In this document: piece by piece, positions 30,498-40,175 of the stretch | Position numbering within the stretch: the stretch's first letter is position 1 | Layout: each line of letters begins with the position of its first letter | Source of the DNA: an uncultured cyanobacterium | Lineage (GTDB): Bacteria > Cyanobacteriota > Cyanobacteriia > Cyanobacteriales > CAWUOF01 | Length of the DNA stretch: 64,000 bases | Direction of reading: 5' to 3' | NCBI GenBank assembly: GCA_963744145.1 | Contig: CAVUSO010000001.1 | Coordinates: 1,472,001-1,536,000, forward strand | The notes under the pieces: model-generated | What the model was told of the DNA's origin: nothing | Database searches by the model: none | What the model saw: the letters and a program-made list of their open reading frames with translations, nothing else | Translations under genes and position numbers: made by a program

Positions 30498-33041
30498 ATG
30501 TTAAAAAATTTTCATAACAAATTGCTATTATTGTTAGTATTAAGCACTATTATTCCTGCCGCTACAGTTGGAATATATGGGATTATTTCTTCAACCCAAT
30601 CAATATATGAGCTAAATATAAATCGAATTAAAAAACAGAACGATAATAAAATCAAGGATATTGAAGCAGTTCTATTAAATACCGAACAAGATATACATTT
30701 TGTCATCGCGACTCCAGCATTTAGTGATGATCTAACTCAATTAAATACATATCAAGCACTTCAACTACAGACAGATATTTATAAAACTTTTACAGCCAGA
30801 GCAAATAAGCTTGTTAAAGGATTAATGGTAACAACTGAGGCTTATAAAAGCATTAGTTATATTGATACAAATGGTCAAGAAATGCTCTGCGTTGAACGCA
30901 TCAATGAAAGCCCTGAACCCCTACCAGATAACCAGCTTAAAAATTGGAAAAATTCAGCTTATTTCCAAGAAGCTCTGAAGCTGAAACCTAACGAATTATA
31001 TATATCACCGATTATATTGGAAACAAGTAAAACAGGTCAGAAAATTTCTATTAACCCTATAATTTACTATGCAATAGCAGCTTTTAATAGTTCCGGTGTG
31101 CTGAAGGGAATTACTGTTATTACTTTGCAAATATCATCTTTTGAAAAGTTTTTAGAGACAGCCAACCTAGAACAAAATAGTATTTATTTACTTGATTCAT
31201 TAGGCCATTACCTCCTAAACTCTCCTAGCAAAACTCAAGGTGAAATTAAGCAGGTTTATTCAGAAAATATAGTTAATCAAATTCTTAATAATGATGAAAA
31301 TATAATTTTTTCTGGTGAAAAAGAAATAATTAGTTCTAAAAAGATTGTGGTTAATAATAATCCGGTATTCATAATTTTACAATCATTTTCGACCAAGGAT
31401 GTGGTTACTGCTGTGAGTTGGTTTACGTTTGTAGCAGTTGCGGTAATTTGTGGTTCTTTAGGAATAGTTTTAATCATTGGAATTCCCACCTTGGTGAGAA
31501 TTGCACGTAACCAAGATAATTTATATGATCAAATAAAAGCTTCAGCTGCGATCGCGACAGCTAAAGCGGAAGAATTAGCAGAAACCTTAAAAATTAACTC
31601 GGCACTATCAGATAGCTTGAAACTAGCCAAAGAAGCAGCAGAAGTTGCGAACCAAGCTAAAAGTGACTTTCTGGCTAATATGAGCCATGAATTACGCACT
31701 CCTCTGAATGGGATACTTGGTTATACCCAAATCCTCCAAAGAGCTAAAGATTTGGCTCCACAATACCGTAAAGGTATAGATGTTATTGAAAAAGCAGGTA
31801 CTCATTTACTAACTTTAATTAATGATATTCTTGATCTTTCTAAAATAGAAGCTGGCAAAATGGAATTTTTTCCCAAAAATTTCCATCTCGGTTCTTTTTT
31901 GAGTGGGATAGTCGAAATTAATCGTGTAAATGCAGAAAACAAAGGAATCAAATTCTATTACCTTCCTGACCCAGAAATGCCTAGGGGAGTCTACACCGAT
32001 GAAAAAAGATTAAGACAAATATTAATGAATCTAGTAGGAAATGCCGTAAAATTTACAGAGCGCGGTAGTGTAACCTTAGAAACACAAGTATTACAAAAAC
32101 ATGATGATAATGTCACAATTCGCTTTAGTGTTAGTGATACGGGAATTGGGATGACACCAGAACAAGTAGCCAAAATTTTTCTACCCTTTGAACAAGCTGG
32201 GTCAGTATCTAAGCGACATGAAGGTACAGGATTGGGGTTAGCAATTTCTACAAAAATTGTACAGATGATGGGTAGTAAAATAGAACTAACTAGCACATTA
32301 AATCAAGGTAGTAAATTTTGGATTGATCTCAAATTAATAATTTCTCAAGATTGGATTAGCACTGCTAGTCACAGCAGCAAAGGTAAAATTGCGGGTTATG
32401 TTGGTGAACAGAAAAAAATCTTAGTAGTAGATGATAAAGAAGTAAATAGGGAAGTTTTAGTAGAGGTATTAAGACCATTAGGATTTATGATAGAAGAAGC
32501 AGAAAACGGTGCAGAAGCATTAGAAAAAACCTTTTCTTTTCGACCAGACTTAATTATTACGGATATTGTTATGCCCGTAATGAATGGTTATGATTTCACC
32601 CGTGAAGTTCGTCAGAAATATTTGCAAACAATACCGATTATTGCTTGTTCTGCTAGTGTTTCAGCTACTGATCGAGATTTAGCGATCGCATCCGGTTGTA
32701 ATGATTTTATTGCTAAACCTGTCGAGATGGAAACTTTATTTACAATGTTACAACAATATTTGAAATTAAAATGGATTTATGAACAGCAGAAAGGGTTAAC
32801 ATTAATAGATACTGAGGAAGAGAAAGAAATGGTTTTTCCTCAAGTAGAAGAAGTAATTAAGTTATATGAAGCTGCTCGAATTGGAGATGTTGATACGATT
32901 AAAAGTGAAGCTGAAAGATTAGCACAAAGTAAACCGCAATATCAGCTTTTTGCGGCTCAAATTATTGAGCTTGCTGACCAATTTGATGATATTGGTATTA
33001 TGCGAATGATGCAGTCTATTTTAAATTCACCAACCAAGTAA
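30498..33041 (+). CDS. hybrid sensor histidine kinase/response regulator (tandem paralog of 27463..30054)
   Basis: Same architecture, alignable over the full length. Confidence 0.93.
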   Translation: MLKNFHNKLLLLLVLSTIIPAATVGIYGIISSTQSIYELNINRIKKQNDNKIKDIEAVLLNTEQDIHFVIATPAFSDDLTQLNTYQALQLQTDIYKTFTARANKLVKGLMVTTEAYKSISYIDTNGQEMLCVERINESPEPLPDNQLKNWKNSAYFQEALKLKPNELYISPIILETSKTGQKISINPIIYYAIAAFNSSGVLKGITVITLQISSFEKFLETANLEQNSIYLLDSLGHYLLNSPSKTQGEIKQVYSENIVNQILNNDENIIFSGEKEIISSKKIVVNNNPVFIILQSFSTKDVVTAVSWFTFVAVAVICGSLGIVLIIGIPTLVRIARNQDNLYDQIKASAAIATAKAEELAETLKINSALSDSLKLAKEAAEVANQAKSDFLANMSHELRTPLNGILGYTQILQRAKDLAPQYRKGIDVIEKAGTHLLTLINDILDLSKIEAGKMEFFPKNFHLGSFLSGIVEINRVNAENKGIKFYYLPDPEMPRGVYTDEKRLRQILMNLVGNAVKFTERGSVTLETQVLQKHDDNVTIRFSVSDTGIGMTPEQVAKIFLPFEQAGSVSKRHEGTGLGLAISTKIVQMMGSKIELTSTLNQGSKFWIDLKLIISQDWISTASHSSKGKIAGYVGEQKKILVVDDKEVNREVLVEVLRPLGFMIEEAENGAEALEKTFSFRPDLIITDIVMPVMNGYDFTREVRQKYLQTIPIIACSASVSATDRDLAIASGCNDFIAKPVEMETLFTMLQQYLKLKWIYEQQKGLTLIDTEEEKEMVFPQVEEVIKLYEAARIGDVDTIKSEAERLAQSKPQYQLFAAQIIELADQFDDIGIMRMMQSILNSPTK

Positions 33042-33044
33042 TAC

Positions 33045-33178
33045 CAATTTAATGTGAATTTGCATAGAGCTAGATCCCCCTAAATCCCCCTTAAAAAGGG
33101 GGACTTTAAATTCATGCTCCCCCTTTTTAAGGGGGCTGGGGGGATCAATTCTATGCACCCTCATCAAAAATTGGTATA
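33045..33178. repeat. dispersed palindromic repeat (inverted homolog of 12975-13147)
   Basis: GATCCCCCTAAATCCCCCTTAAAAAGGGGGACTTTAAATTCATGCTCC...GGGGGATC. Confidence 0.7.
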
Positions 33179-33248
33179 AGCAGTTGAGTAAAATCTCTAA
33201 AAAGCTACTTTTTGGTGAGCTGATTTGTAAGCATTATACATTTTTCGG

Positions 33249-33983
33249 TCATTCTGTTTTTAACCATTCTTGGTGAATTCTATTTGCTTCATTTGCAGAT
33301 AAGCTACCAGCTAATTTACCATTTTGCCAGAGCATACAATCATAGTCAAGCGATCGCCATCCAATCGTCATTCGGACTAACCCATCTGTCTGATCAGAGA
33401 TAAAGCTGTCAGCACCATGTTCACATTCAATATTATCAAATACCAATAAATCACCAGCTTCAGCGGATACTACTTCACTAGAACCATCTGAATAGAAAAG
33501 TCTTGTACCACCACTAGAGGTATGATTAACCAGAGTCAGGACTGCAACATATTTAGGTCTAATTGCATCAATGATATTTAAGGAATTATCTTCATTCACT
33601 TGAAAAGCTTGGAATTCACCATCAAAATGTTTACTCACAGGACTATTTGCTTGATGATAGAGCTGGATATTGAACAAGAGTCTAGTGGTGAGATCCGGAA
33701 TGTTCAAATAGGTTAAAATTTGATAGTTTAGATTAGCTATTTCCGGGGAACATTCAGCGATCAATTCGGTTCTAATTGCAGGTAAATCACCAGGGTGAGA
33801 TGCACTCCAAACATTAAAAGCGTAAGAATTACGTCCAGGTTTCTCATCGGAAAAATATGCAGAATGTTCGCGGAGATGATCTTCATTATAAAATCTATCA
33901 ATGATTTTATAAGTCCCGTTAATATAAGCTTCTAAGGACTGATTGCTGAGAAAATTTTTATAGAGAATATAGCGTAATGTCAT
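33249..33983 (-). CDS. 2OG-Fe(II) dioxygenase superfamily protein
   Basis: HxD in SKHFDGE, GGTRLF, GDLLVFDN, distal His in CEHG, Arg in VRMTIGWR; ATGA overlap with the kinase. Confidence 0.78.
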   Translation of the reverse strand: MTLRYILYKNFLSNQSLEAYINGTYKIIDRFYNEDHLREHSAYFSDEKPGRNSYAFNVWSASHPGDLPAIRTELIAECSPEIANLNYQILTYLNIPDLTTRLLFNIQLYHQANSPVSKHFDGEFQAFQVNEDNSLNIIDAIRPKYVAVLTLVNHTSSGGTRLFYSDGSSEVVSAEAGDLLVFDNIECEHGADSFISDQTDGLVRMTIGWRSLDYDCMLWQNGKLAGSLSANEANRIHQEWLKTE

Positions 33984-34546
33984 AGATTCACTCCCACAAA
34001 TTTGAGAATATATTCAGGGGTACACTCGGCATTTTTTATTAAAAATATTTGGGTATATTGCTCAAACCATGCTTTCATTTTTGCTTGCATCTCTAAACAT
34101 TGTTCAAGCGTTTCATATCTACCACTTTGATGATAGCGTCGGCGATATTCAGATTCCTCCAGTTCGATAAAAAAGTTAAATATTTTAAAATCGTGTTGTT
34201 TGATTAGGTATTCTTCCCATTCTATTATAGCAGAGATGAGATGGGGAAAGGAATGCTCAGAGTAGTAGTTAGCGTAAAAAGCTGATAACATTAAACAGGT
34301 ATCAGATACGGCTAATTGGTATTTACTGGAAATTAAAGCTGTGATATAATGGCTTTGGTTTCCTAATACTGCTAACTGACCCAGCGGTGAGATCGGGATT
34401 TTTCTGATTGCCCAATCTTTAATAAATTCAGTAATCAGATGGGAATTAATCCCAGCTCGAGCAGTAGAAGCATAAATATCTGCTGCTAGGGTAGATTTAC
34501 CAACCCCTGGAGTACCAATCAAATTGATAATTTTAATGACTGTCAT
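33980..34546 (-). CDS. P-loop nucleotide kinase (NadR/AAA_28-like)
   Basis: Walker A IINLIGTPGVGKST, TEFIKDW, VSD, GRYET lid motif. Confidence 0.75.
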   Translation of the reverse strand: MTVIKIINLIGTPGVGKSTLAADIYASTARAGINSHLITEFIKDWAIRKIPISPLGQLAVLGNQSHYITALISSKYQLAVSDTCLMLSAFYANYYSEHSFPHLISAIIEWEEYLIKQHDFKIFNFFIELEESEYRRRYHQSGRYETLEQCLEMQAKMKAWFEQYTQIFLIKNAECTPEYILKFVGVNL

Positions 34547-34617
34547 TCCGAAAATAAGTTTTTGGTGGTAATTATATTATATTCTAAGTAAGTACAGGAG
34601 AAATCAGGGAGTAGTAA

Positions 34618-36405
34618 ATGTTCAAAAATTCCACCCATGCTTTTTGGTCAGGGTTAAGAACCATTTGGGAAACAGGAGCAACAATTACAGTGCGATCGCA
34701 AGAGACCAAAGAAGTGCGATCGCATCTGTGCAAAATTGCAGCTCCCTTAGAACGAGTTTATGTTATTCCCGATCGCCATAATAACATATTCGCTCAAATT
34801 GCCGAAAGTTTGTGGGTGATGGGAGGACGTAATGATCTGGAATTTTTATCCCCTTATTTACCCCGTGCGATTAATTTTTCTGATGATGGTAAAGTCTGGA
34901 GAGGTGCTTATGGTGCGAGATTAAGAAACTGGAAATGTTTCAACTCCGCTCAACATCCAGGTTTCGACTCCGCTCAACCTACAGGGTTTGACTCCGCTCA
35001 ACATTCAGGTTTCGACTCCGCTCAACCTACAGGGATAGATCAAATTAAAGAAGTAGTAAATATTTTAAATCAAGATCCCCATAGTCGTCGGGCTGTGATG
35101 ATTATATTTGATCCTGCACAAGATTATATAAACAGTAAAGATATTCCTTGTAACAATTGGCTTCATTTTCTGATTAGGGAAGGAAAACTTCATCTAAATG
35201 TATCCCTACGTTCTAATGATATTTGGTGGGGATTTTCAGGAATTAATACTTATGAATGGAGTGTCTTACAAGAAATGATCGCTTTTTGGACTGGTACTCA
35301 AGTAGGTGAGTATAGTCACTTTGCTAGTTCCTTTCATTTATACGATCGGCACTATCAATCAGCCCAAAAGATTCTAGCAAATACACCAGCTCAAACTTTA
35401 TATGATTTTGGGTTTACTCCTCCAAATTTTAGCACTCCTCTAACAGAGTTTGATCGGATAATGGAGGAATGGTTTGCGATCGAAAATAGAATGCGTCAAG
35501 GAAAATTCGACCTGACTCAAGCAATTAATAATTTTCCGGACAATTTGCTGAGAAATAGTTTAGAAATGCTAGAGATTTATAATCGCTTTTCTCACGGTGC
35601 TGCTCAGGAAGAAATAGTCAGATTAATAGAAGATTTACCAAGTAATGATTTTAAAGTTGCAGCAATTGAATATTTTTCCCGGAAATTTAAAAATCGACAG
35701 TTAATTAAACTAGAAGAGCAAGAGCGAGAATTTTTCCAATATTTTTGGTCAGACACTTTTTCTAGTAAGAAAGTAACTTGGATAGATTCCATTAATCATA
35801 ATCTGGTTGATAGATTTACCGCAATTTTCGCTCAATTAAGTATTCTGCACTATAAAAAAAGCTTGGTTTATAAAGATAGTTGGAAAAAGCATGGTGAGGT
35901 ACTAGGAGTTTTTTCAAATATCACCAGAAAATACGATCGAATTGAAACTGTATTCACTGAAGGGGTCAAAGCAACTTCCGATGAATCACTATTAGATACG
36001 ATCGCAGATTTAGCTGTTTATGCTACTAAATATCTTACTTACTTAGCCGAACATTATGAATCTATTTTCCAAGAATTTATTGAGCAATATTTACCAGCAG
36101 ATTCCATTGAAAACTACTACTATAATGAAGGTTTTGATGCAGTTGTAAAGATTTTAATTAAACGCTATAAAAGCACAAATAAATGGGAAGCGATCTCAAA
36201 TTATCCTGATTGCTTTACCACAATAAAAACTCATTACAAGGGATTAGAAGATGTACTAATCAATGGAGATTGGCGCAAAAGTGATCCTCGAAAATGTTCA
36301 CTAGCTGCGGATTTAGCAATTAGTGCAATGCACTATCTGGTCCTAGTATCAATGATTGAACCAGAAGATTTTAAACGGATTGTTAGCTTTATTGAAACCC
36401 TATGA
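34618..36405 (+). CDS. thymidylate synthase-fold enzyme (dUMP hydroxymethylase/ThyA-like) fused to a C-terminal Nmad1/DUF1599-like domain
   Basis: GAYGARL, DQIKEVVNIL, SRRAV, catalytic DIPCN, RSNDIWWGFSGIN, SFHLY; C-terminal KKSLVYKDSWKKHG...RKYDR...ESLLDTIADLAVYA. Confidence 0.85.
   Translation: MFKNSTHAFWSGLRTIWETGATITVRSQETKEVRSHLCKIAAPLERVYVIPDRHNNIFAQIAESLWVMGGRNDLEFLSPYLPRAINFSDDGKVWRGAYGARLRNWKCFNSAQHPGFDSAQPTGFDSAQHSGFDSAQPTGIDQIKEVVNILNQDPHSRRAVMIIFDPAQDYINSKDIPCNNWLHFLIREGKLHLNVSLRSNDIWWGFSGINTYEWSVLQEMIAFWTGTQVGEYSHFASSFHLYDRHYQSAQKILANTPAQTLYDFGFTPPNFSTPLTEFDRIMEEWFAIENRMRQGKFDLTQAINNFPDNLLRNSLEMLEIYNRFSHGAAQEEIVRLIEDLPSNDFKVAAIEYFSRKFKNRQLIKLEEQEREFFQYFWSDTFSSKKVTWIDSINHNLVDRFTAIFAQLSILHYKKSLVYKDSWKKHGEVLGVFSNITRKYDRIETVFTEGVKATSDESLLDTIADLAVYATKYLTYLAEHYESIFQEFIEQYLPADSIENYYYNEGFDAVVKILIKRYKSTNKWEAISNYPDCFTTIKTHYKGLEDVLINGDWRKSDPRKCSLAADLAISAMHYLVLVSMIEPEDFKRIVSFIETL
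34937..35032 (+). repeat. 4 x 24-bp in-frame tandem repeat inside the TS-like gene
   Basis: GTTTCGACTCCGCTCAACCTACAG-like units encoding F(N/D)SAQ(H/P)(P/T/S)G. Confidence 0.9.
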
Positions 36406-36528
36406 TTTGATGAAAAGCCTTAGTCATGGTGGATTTTTATTGTTCATTGTGTTTGAGCCAGTAAAAAATTGATAGAATAGAGGTAGTTAATCATCAATTT
36501 AGCCCCCCAATAGAGCAGGATTAGTAGC

Positions 36529-37398
36529 ATGGTTCAACAACTCCAACCAGAAATTATTTACCCGGAAAGCGACGGTCAACCAATGGCTGATAACACCGAA
36601 CAATTTAACTGGATTGTGATTATTAAAGAGAATTTAGAACGATTATTTGCTGGAATAGTTAATGTATTTATCGCGGGGAATCTGCTCTGGTATCCAGTCC
36701 AGGGAAGTTTACAGTCAATGGCACCCGATGTGATGGTCATCTTTGGTAGACCAAAAGGTAAAAGGGGTTCTTATCAACAATGGCTCGAAGCAAATATTCA
36801 CCCTCAAGTCGTCTTTGAAATTTTGTCTCCCAGCAATAAAGCTGCCGAAATGTCGAATAAATTCCTATTGTATCAACAATATGGGGTGGAAGAATATTAT
36901 ATTTATGATCCCCAACGAGTAGAATTGAGTGGCTTTTTACGTCGAGGAGAAATCTTAGAAGCGATCGACCAGATCCAAGGATGGGTTAGTCCCCGATTAG
37001 GAATCAGATTTGAACTCAAACCAGACACTTTGGAGATTTATCGTCCCGATGGAGAGAAGTTTCTTACCTCGATCGAACTCGATCAACTCACTCAGCAAGA
37101 ACGTCAACGTGCTGAACAAGAACATCAACGTGCTGAACAAGAACATCAACGTGCTGAGGTCGCTATGACCCAGCTTGAGCAAGAACGTCTTCGTGCTGAA
37201 CAAGAACGTCTTCGTGCTGAACAAGAACGTCTTCGTGCTGAACAAGAACATCAACGTGCTGAACAAGAACGTCTTCGTGCTGAACAAGAACATCAACGTG
37301 CTGAGGTCACTATGACCCAGCTTGAGCAAGAAAGACAGAATTATCAAGTTTTGCTGGCACTATTGCAAGCAAAGGGGATTGATTTAGAACAATTATAG
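36529..37398 (+). CDS. Uma2-family PD-(D/E)xK putative endonuclease, copy 1
   Basis: YPESDGQPMADN, APDV, FEILSPSN, GVEEYYIYDP; EQERxRA heptad tail. Confidence 0.92.
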   Translation: MVQQLQPEIIYPESDGQPMADNTEQFNWIVIIKENLERLFAGIVNVFIAGNLLWYPVQGSLQSMAPDVMVIFGRPKGKRGSYQQWLEANIHPQVVFEILSPSNKAAEMSNKFLLYQQYGVEEYYIYDPQRVELSGFLRRGEILEAIDQIQGWVSPRLGIRFELKPDTLEIYRPDGEKFLTSIELDQLTQQERQRAEQEHQRAEQEHQRAEVAMTQLEQERLRAEQERLRAEQERLRAEQEHQRAEQERLRAEQEHQRAEVTMTQLEQERQNYQVLLALLQAKGIDLEQL

Positions 37399-37544
37399 CA
37401 ACTTGTCATGGCGTTTGATAGATTTGGTCATAAATTCTCTTAACCATCGGCTTTTGGTGGCGATCGGTATTCAACGGTGAAGAAATTTACTATATGTTTT
37501 CCAGTGCTGTTCACACACATAGTACCGAATTTATCAATCGAAAG

Positions 37545-38561
37545 CTAAAGTTGCCAAATTTTTACCAGACAATCCCCACCCACACTAACAAAAGTTTTAC
37601 CATCTGGGCTAATTGCTATATCACAAACCGCGCCTGAGTGTTCGGCATAAGTTTCTAATAATTCTCCAGTATTCACACACCATTTTTTAATAGTTGAATC
37701 CTTACTACCACTGAAAAGGAGTTTACCATCAGGACTAAATATTAAAGCATAAATATAGCCTGTATGCCCGCAAAAAGTCCGTAATAACTCCCCGTTAGAT
37801 AATTGTAATAACTCAATTATAGGTTGTTTAATACCGTTTTTCTTATGGTAGCTATAAGCAAATATTTTACTATCGTTACTGATAGTCATAGTACCTGATA
37901 TCCAAATGTCTACGCTACGAATCTTACGAATTAATTTTCCTGTTTTTAAATCATATAAATTTATCCATTTGTCTTTTTCAGTAATAAATAGTTTACGATC
38001 AGGAGTAATCGCGAAAAATGTATCATGTTGCGGATACATATCTAGTTCATATATTTCTAGTTGATAAATTTGTTTTTTTGTTGGTAGATCCCATACACTT
38101 ACATAACCTTCACCATAAAGAAGTAATATTTCACTATCTATGCCAATAACATCAGTACCATTATAACGATTCATCAGATCGAAATTACCTAAAGATTCTA
38201 TTGATGTTAGTTCCATCTTTAGCTCTCGCTTTATATAATATTGCTTTATATAATAACGATCCATCTCGAAATTACCTAAAGATTCCCCGGACTTTAAATC
38301 CCATAACATAATTATTTTTTCAGGTCCTCCACAGACAAGAGTTTGCCCATCTGGACTAATCGCTAGACAAGTGGCTCCATCATGATATTCTTTATGAACA
38401 TTAATAGTTTGCATTAATTCTCCTGTTGATAAATTCCATTGCTTGATAGTTCTATCACGACTTGCAGTAAAACAAGTTTGACTATCTGGTGTAATCACAA
38501 CAGACGTAACAATTGCGTTAATTAATGGATGATTGTGTCTAATACTATGAATACATTTCAT
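37545..38561 (-). CDS. WD40-repeat protein
   Basis: ASRDRTIKQW, GHTGYIYALIFSPDG...GSKDSTIKKW, HSGAVCDIAISPDG. Confidence 0.88.
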   Translation of the reverse strand: MKCIHSIRHNHPLINAIVTSVVITPDSQTCFTASRDRTIKQWNLSTGELMQTINVHKEYHDGATCLAISPDGQTLVCGGPEKIIMLWDLKSGESLGNFEMDRYYIKQYYIKRELKMELTSIESLGNFDLMNRYNGTDVIGIDSEILLLYGEGYVSVWDLPTKKQIYQLEIYELDMYPQHDTFFAITPDRKLFITEKDKWINLYDLKTGKLIRKIRSVDIWISGTMTISNDSKIFAYSYHKKNGIKQPIIELLQLSNGELLRTFCGHTGYIYALIFSPDGKLLFSGSKDSTIKKWCVNTGELLETYAEHSGAVCDIAISPDGKTFVSVGGDCLVKIWQL

Positions 38562-38799
38562 AAATGCGATCGCTTAATTCACGTAATCTACAAAGCTTTA
38601 ATACAGATCGCTAACATAATATCAGGACTTACGCAGTTGACGCAAGACACAGCCAATGGACCTCGCTGGTAAGAGCGGACTGCCTCACGCACAATGCTAG
38701 TACCAGGACTCATACCAACTGATACCAGTGTTTACCCATAATCATTATCTTAGGTGTACTCACTCATCATTATAGTTGATTTACTCCTGCTACCTACTC

Positions 38800-38942
38800 C
38801 TATCTTAAAGATGCGATCGCACCCATTCTCTCCAAGCTCGAATTATAGTAGTATCATCTCGAGTTTCGACCAATGGCAAAAACTGATTAATAATTGCGAT
38901 CGAGCCGATGGGAAAAGTAGAACTATATTCAGAGCTGATCTA
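38800..38942 (-). pseudogene. 3'-end remnant of the Uma2 gene at 54173..54820
   Basis: CTATCTTAA(A/C)..GATGCGATCGCACCCATTCTCTCCAAGCTC... aligns with ~54173-54312. Confidence 0.75.
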
Positions 38943-39074
38943 TTAAATTTTATTTCAACAACGATTAAACCATTAGGCGATCGCCGGTCAAATTGTGTTT
39001 GAGCCAGTCAAGAATTGATAGAATAGGGAGAGTTAATCATCAACTTAGCCCCCCAACAGCTTAGGAGTAGTAGC

Positions 39075-39860
39075 ATGGTCCAACAACTCCAACCAGAAAT
39101 TATCTATCCTGAGAGCGACGGTCAACCGATGGCTGATAACACCGAACAATTTAACTGGATTGTCATTATTAAAGAGAATTTAGAAAGATTATTTGCTGGG
39201 GTAGTTAATGTATTTATCGCGGGTAACCTGCTCTGGTATCCAGTCCAGGGAAGTTTACAATCAGCAGCACCCGATGTCATGGTCATCTTTGGTAGACCAA
39301 AAGGTAAACGCGGCTCTTATCAACAATGGCTCGAAGCAAATATTCACCCTCAAGTCGTCTTTGAAATTTTGTCTCCCAGCAATAGCGCTACCGAAATGTC
39401 GAATAAATTCCTCCTTTATCAACAATATGGGGTGGAAGAATATTACATTTATGATCCCCAAGGAGTGGAATTGAGTGGCTTTTTGCGTCGAGGAGAAATC
39501 TTAGAAGCGATCGAGCAGATCCAAGGATGGGTTAGTCCCAGATTAGGGATCAGATTTGAACTCAAACCAGACACTTTGGAGATTTATCGTCCCGATGGAG
39601 AGAAATTTCTTACCTCGATCGAACTCGATCAACTCACTCAGCAAGAGCGTCAACGTGCTGAACAAGCTATGACCCAGCTTGAGCAAGAACGTCAACTTAT
39701 TCAACAAGAACGTCTTCGTGCTGAACAAGAACATCAACGTGCTGAACAAGAACGTCTTCGTGCTGAGGTCGCTATAACCCAGCTTGAGCAAGAAAGACAG
39801 AATTATCAAGCTTTACTAGCACTATTGCAAGCCAAGGGTATTGATTTAGAACAATTATAA
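39075..39860 (+). CDS. Uma2-family putative endonuclease, copy 2
   Basis: Near-identical to copy 1. Confidence 0.92.
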   Translation: MVQQLQPEIIYPESDGQPMADNTEQFNWIVIIKENLERLFAGVVNVFIAGNLLWYPVQGSLQSAAPDVMVIFGRPKGKRGSYQQWLEANIHPQVVFEILSPSNSATEMSNKFLLYQQYGVEEYYIYDPQGVELSGFLRRGEILEAIEQIQGWVSPRLGIRFELKPDTLEIYRPDGEKFLTSIELDQLTQQERQRAEQAMTQLEQERQLIQQERLRAEQEHQRAEQERLRAEVAITQLEQERQNYQALLALLQAKGIDLEQL

Positions 39861-39862
39861 CA

Positions 39863-40042
39863 CAATACGGTTTAGTTAATTGTAGGGGCGTTTGCCTACG
39901 ACACGCTGCGCGAACGCGTAGCGTGCCGTAGGCATAGCATTCGGGCGACAATTGAACAATTAGAACCAATAATATTATATCCGAATGCTTCGCCCTTCTT
40001 CGCCGAGATATCCCAAAAAAAGATGGTAACTGAACCGTATTG
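39863..40042. mobile_element. MITE with ~16-bp TIRs and 10-bp target duplication
   Basis: CAATACGGTTTAGTTA ... TAACTGAACCGTATTG; flanks AATTATAACA / AATTATAGCA; the other Uma2 copies show the empty site. Confidence 0.85.
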
Positions 40043-40175
40043 AATTATAGCAACGTTTGATCATTAATTTTCAGTAAGCACTTTCCCGTAATTGCGATCG
40101 CGGTTCAGTCATCTCCATTTAAACTTGACTCTATAAAGGATAATAAAGTGATCTGGAAAACTAGAATATCATTAT

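Noticed and set aside
34937..35032. 24-bp repeats as a CRISPR array
   Set aside because: The units are contiguous with no unique spacers, lie in frame inside a CDS, and no cas genes are present.
36997..37347. Antisense ORFs with FLFSTKT repeats (also 39543..39809 and 51332..51556)
   Set aside because: They are shadows of the Uma2 21-nt heptad repeats on the opposite strand.
38640..38700. GTGCG-starting segment as a group II intron 5' end
   Set aside because: No domain V/VI or reverse transcriptase is present; it aligns with a decayed coding remnant at ~53975-54040.
38754..39002. 82-aa ORF resembling 54185..54415
   Set aside because: Both are antisense readings of a Uma2 3' end; the similarity reflects the duplicated fragment.
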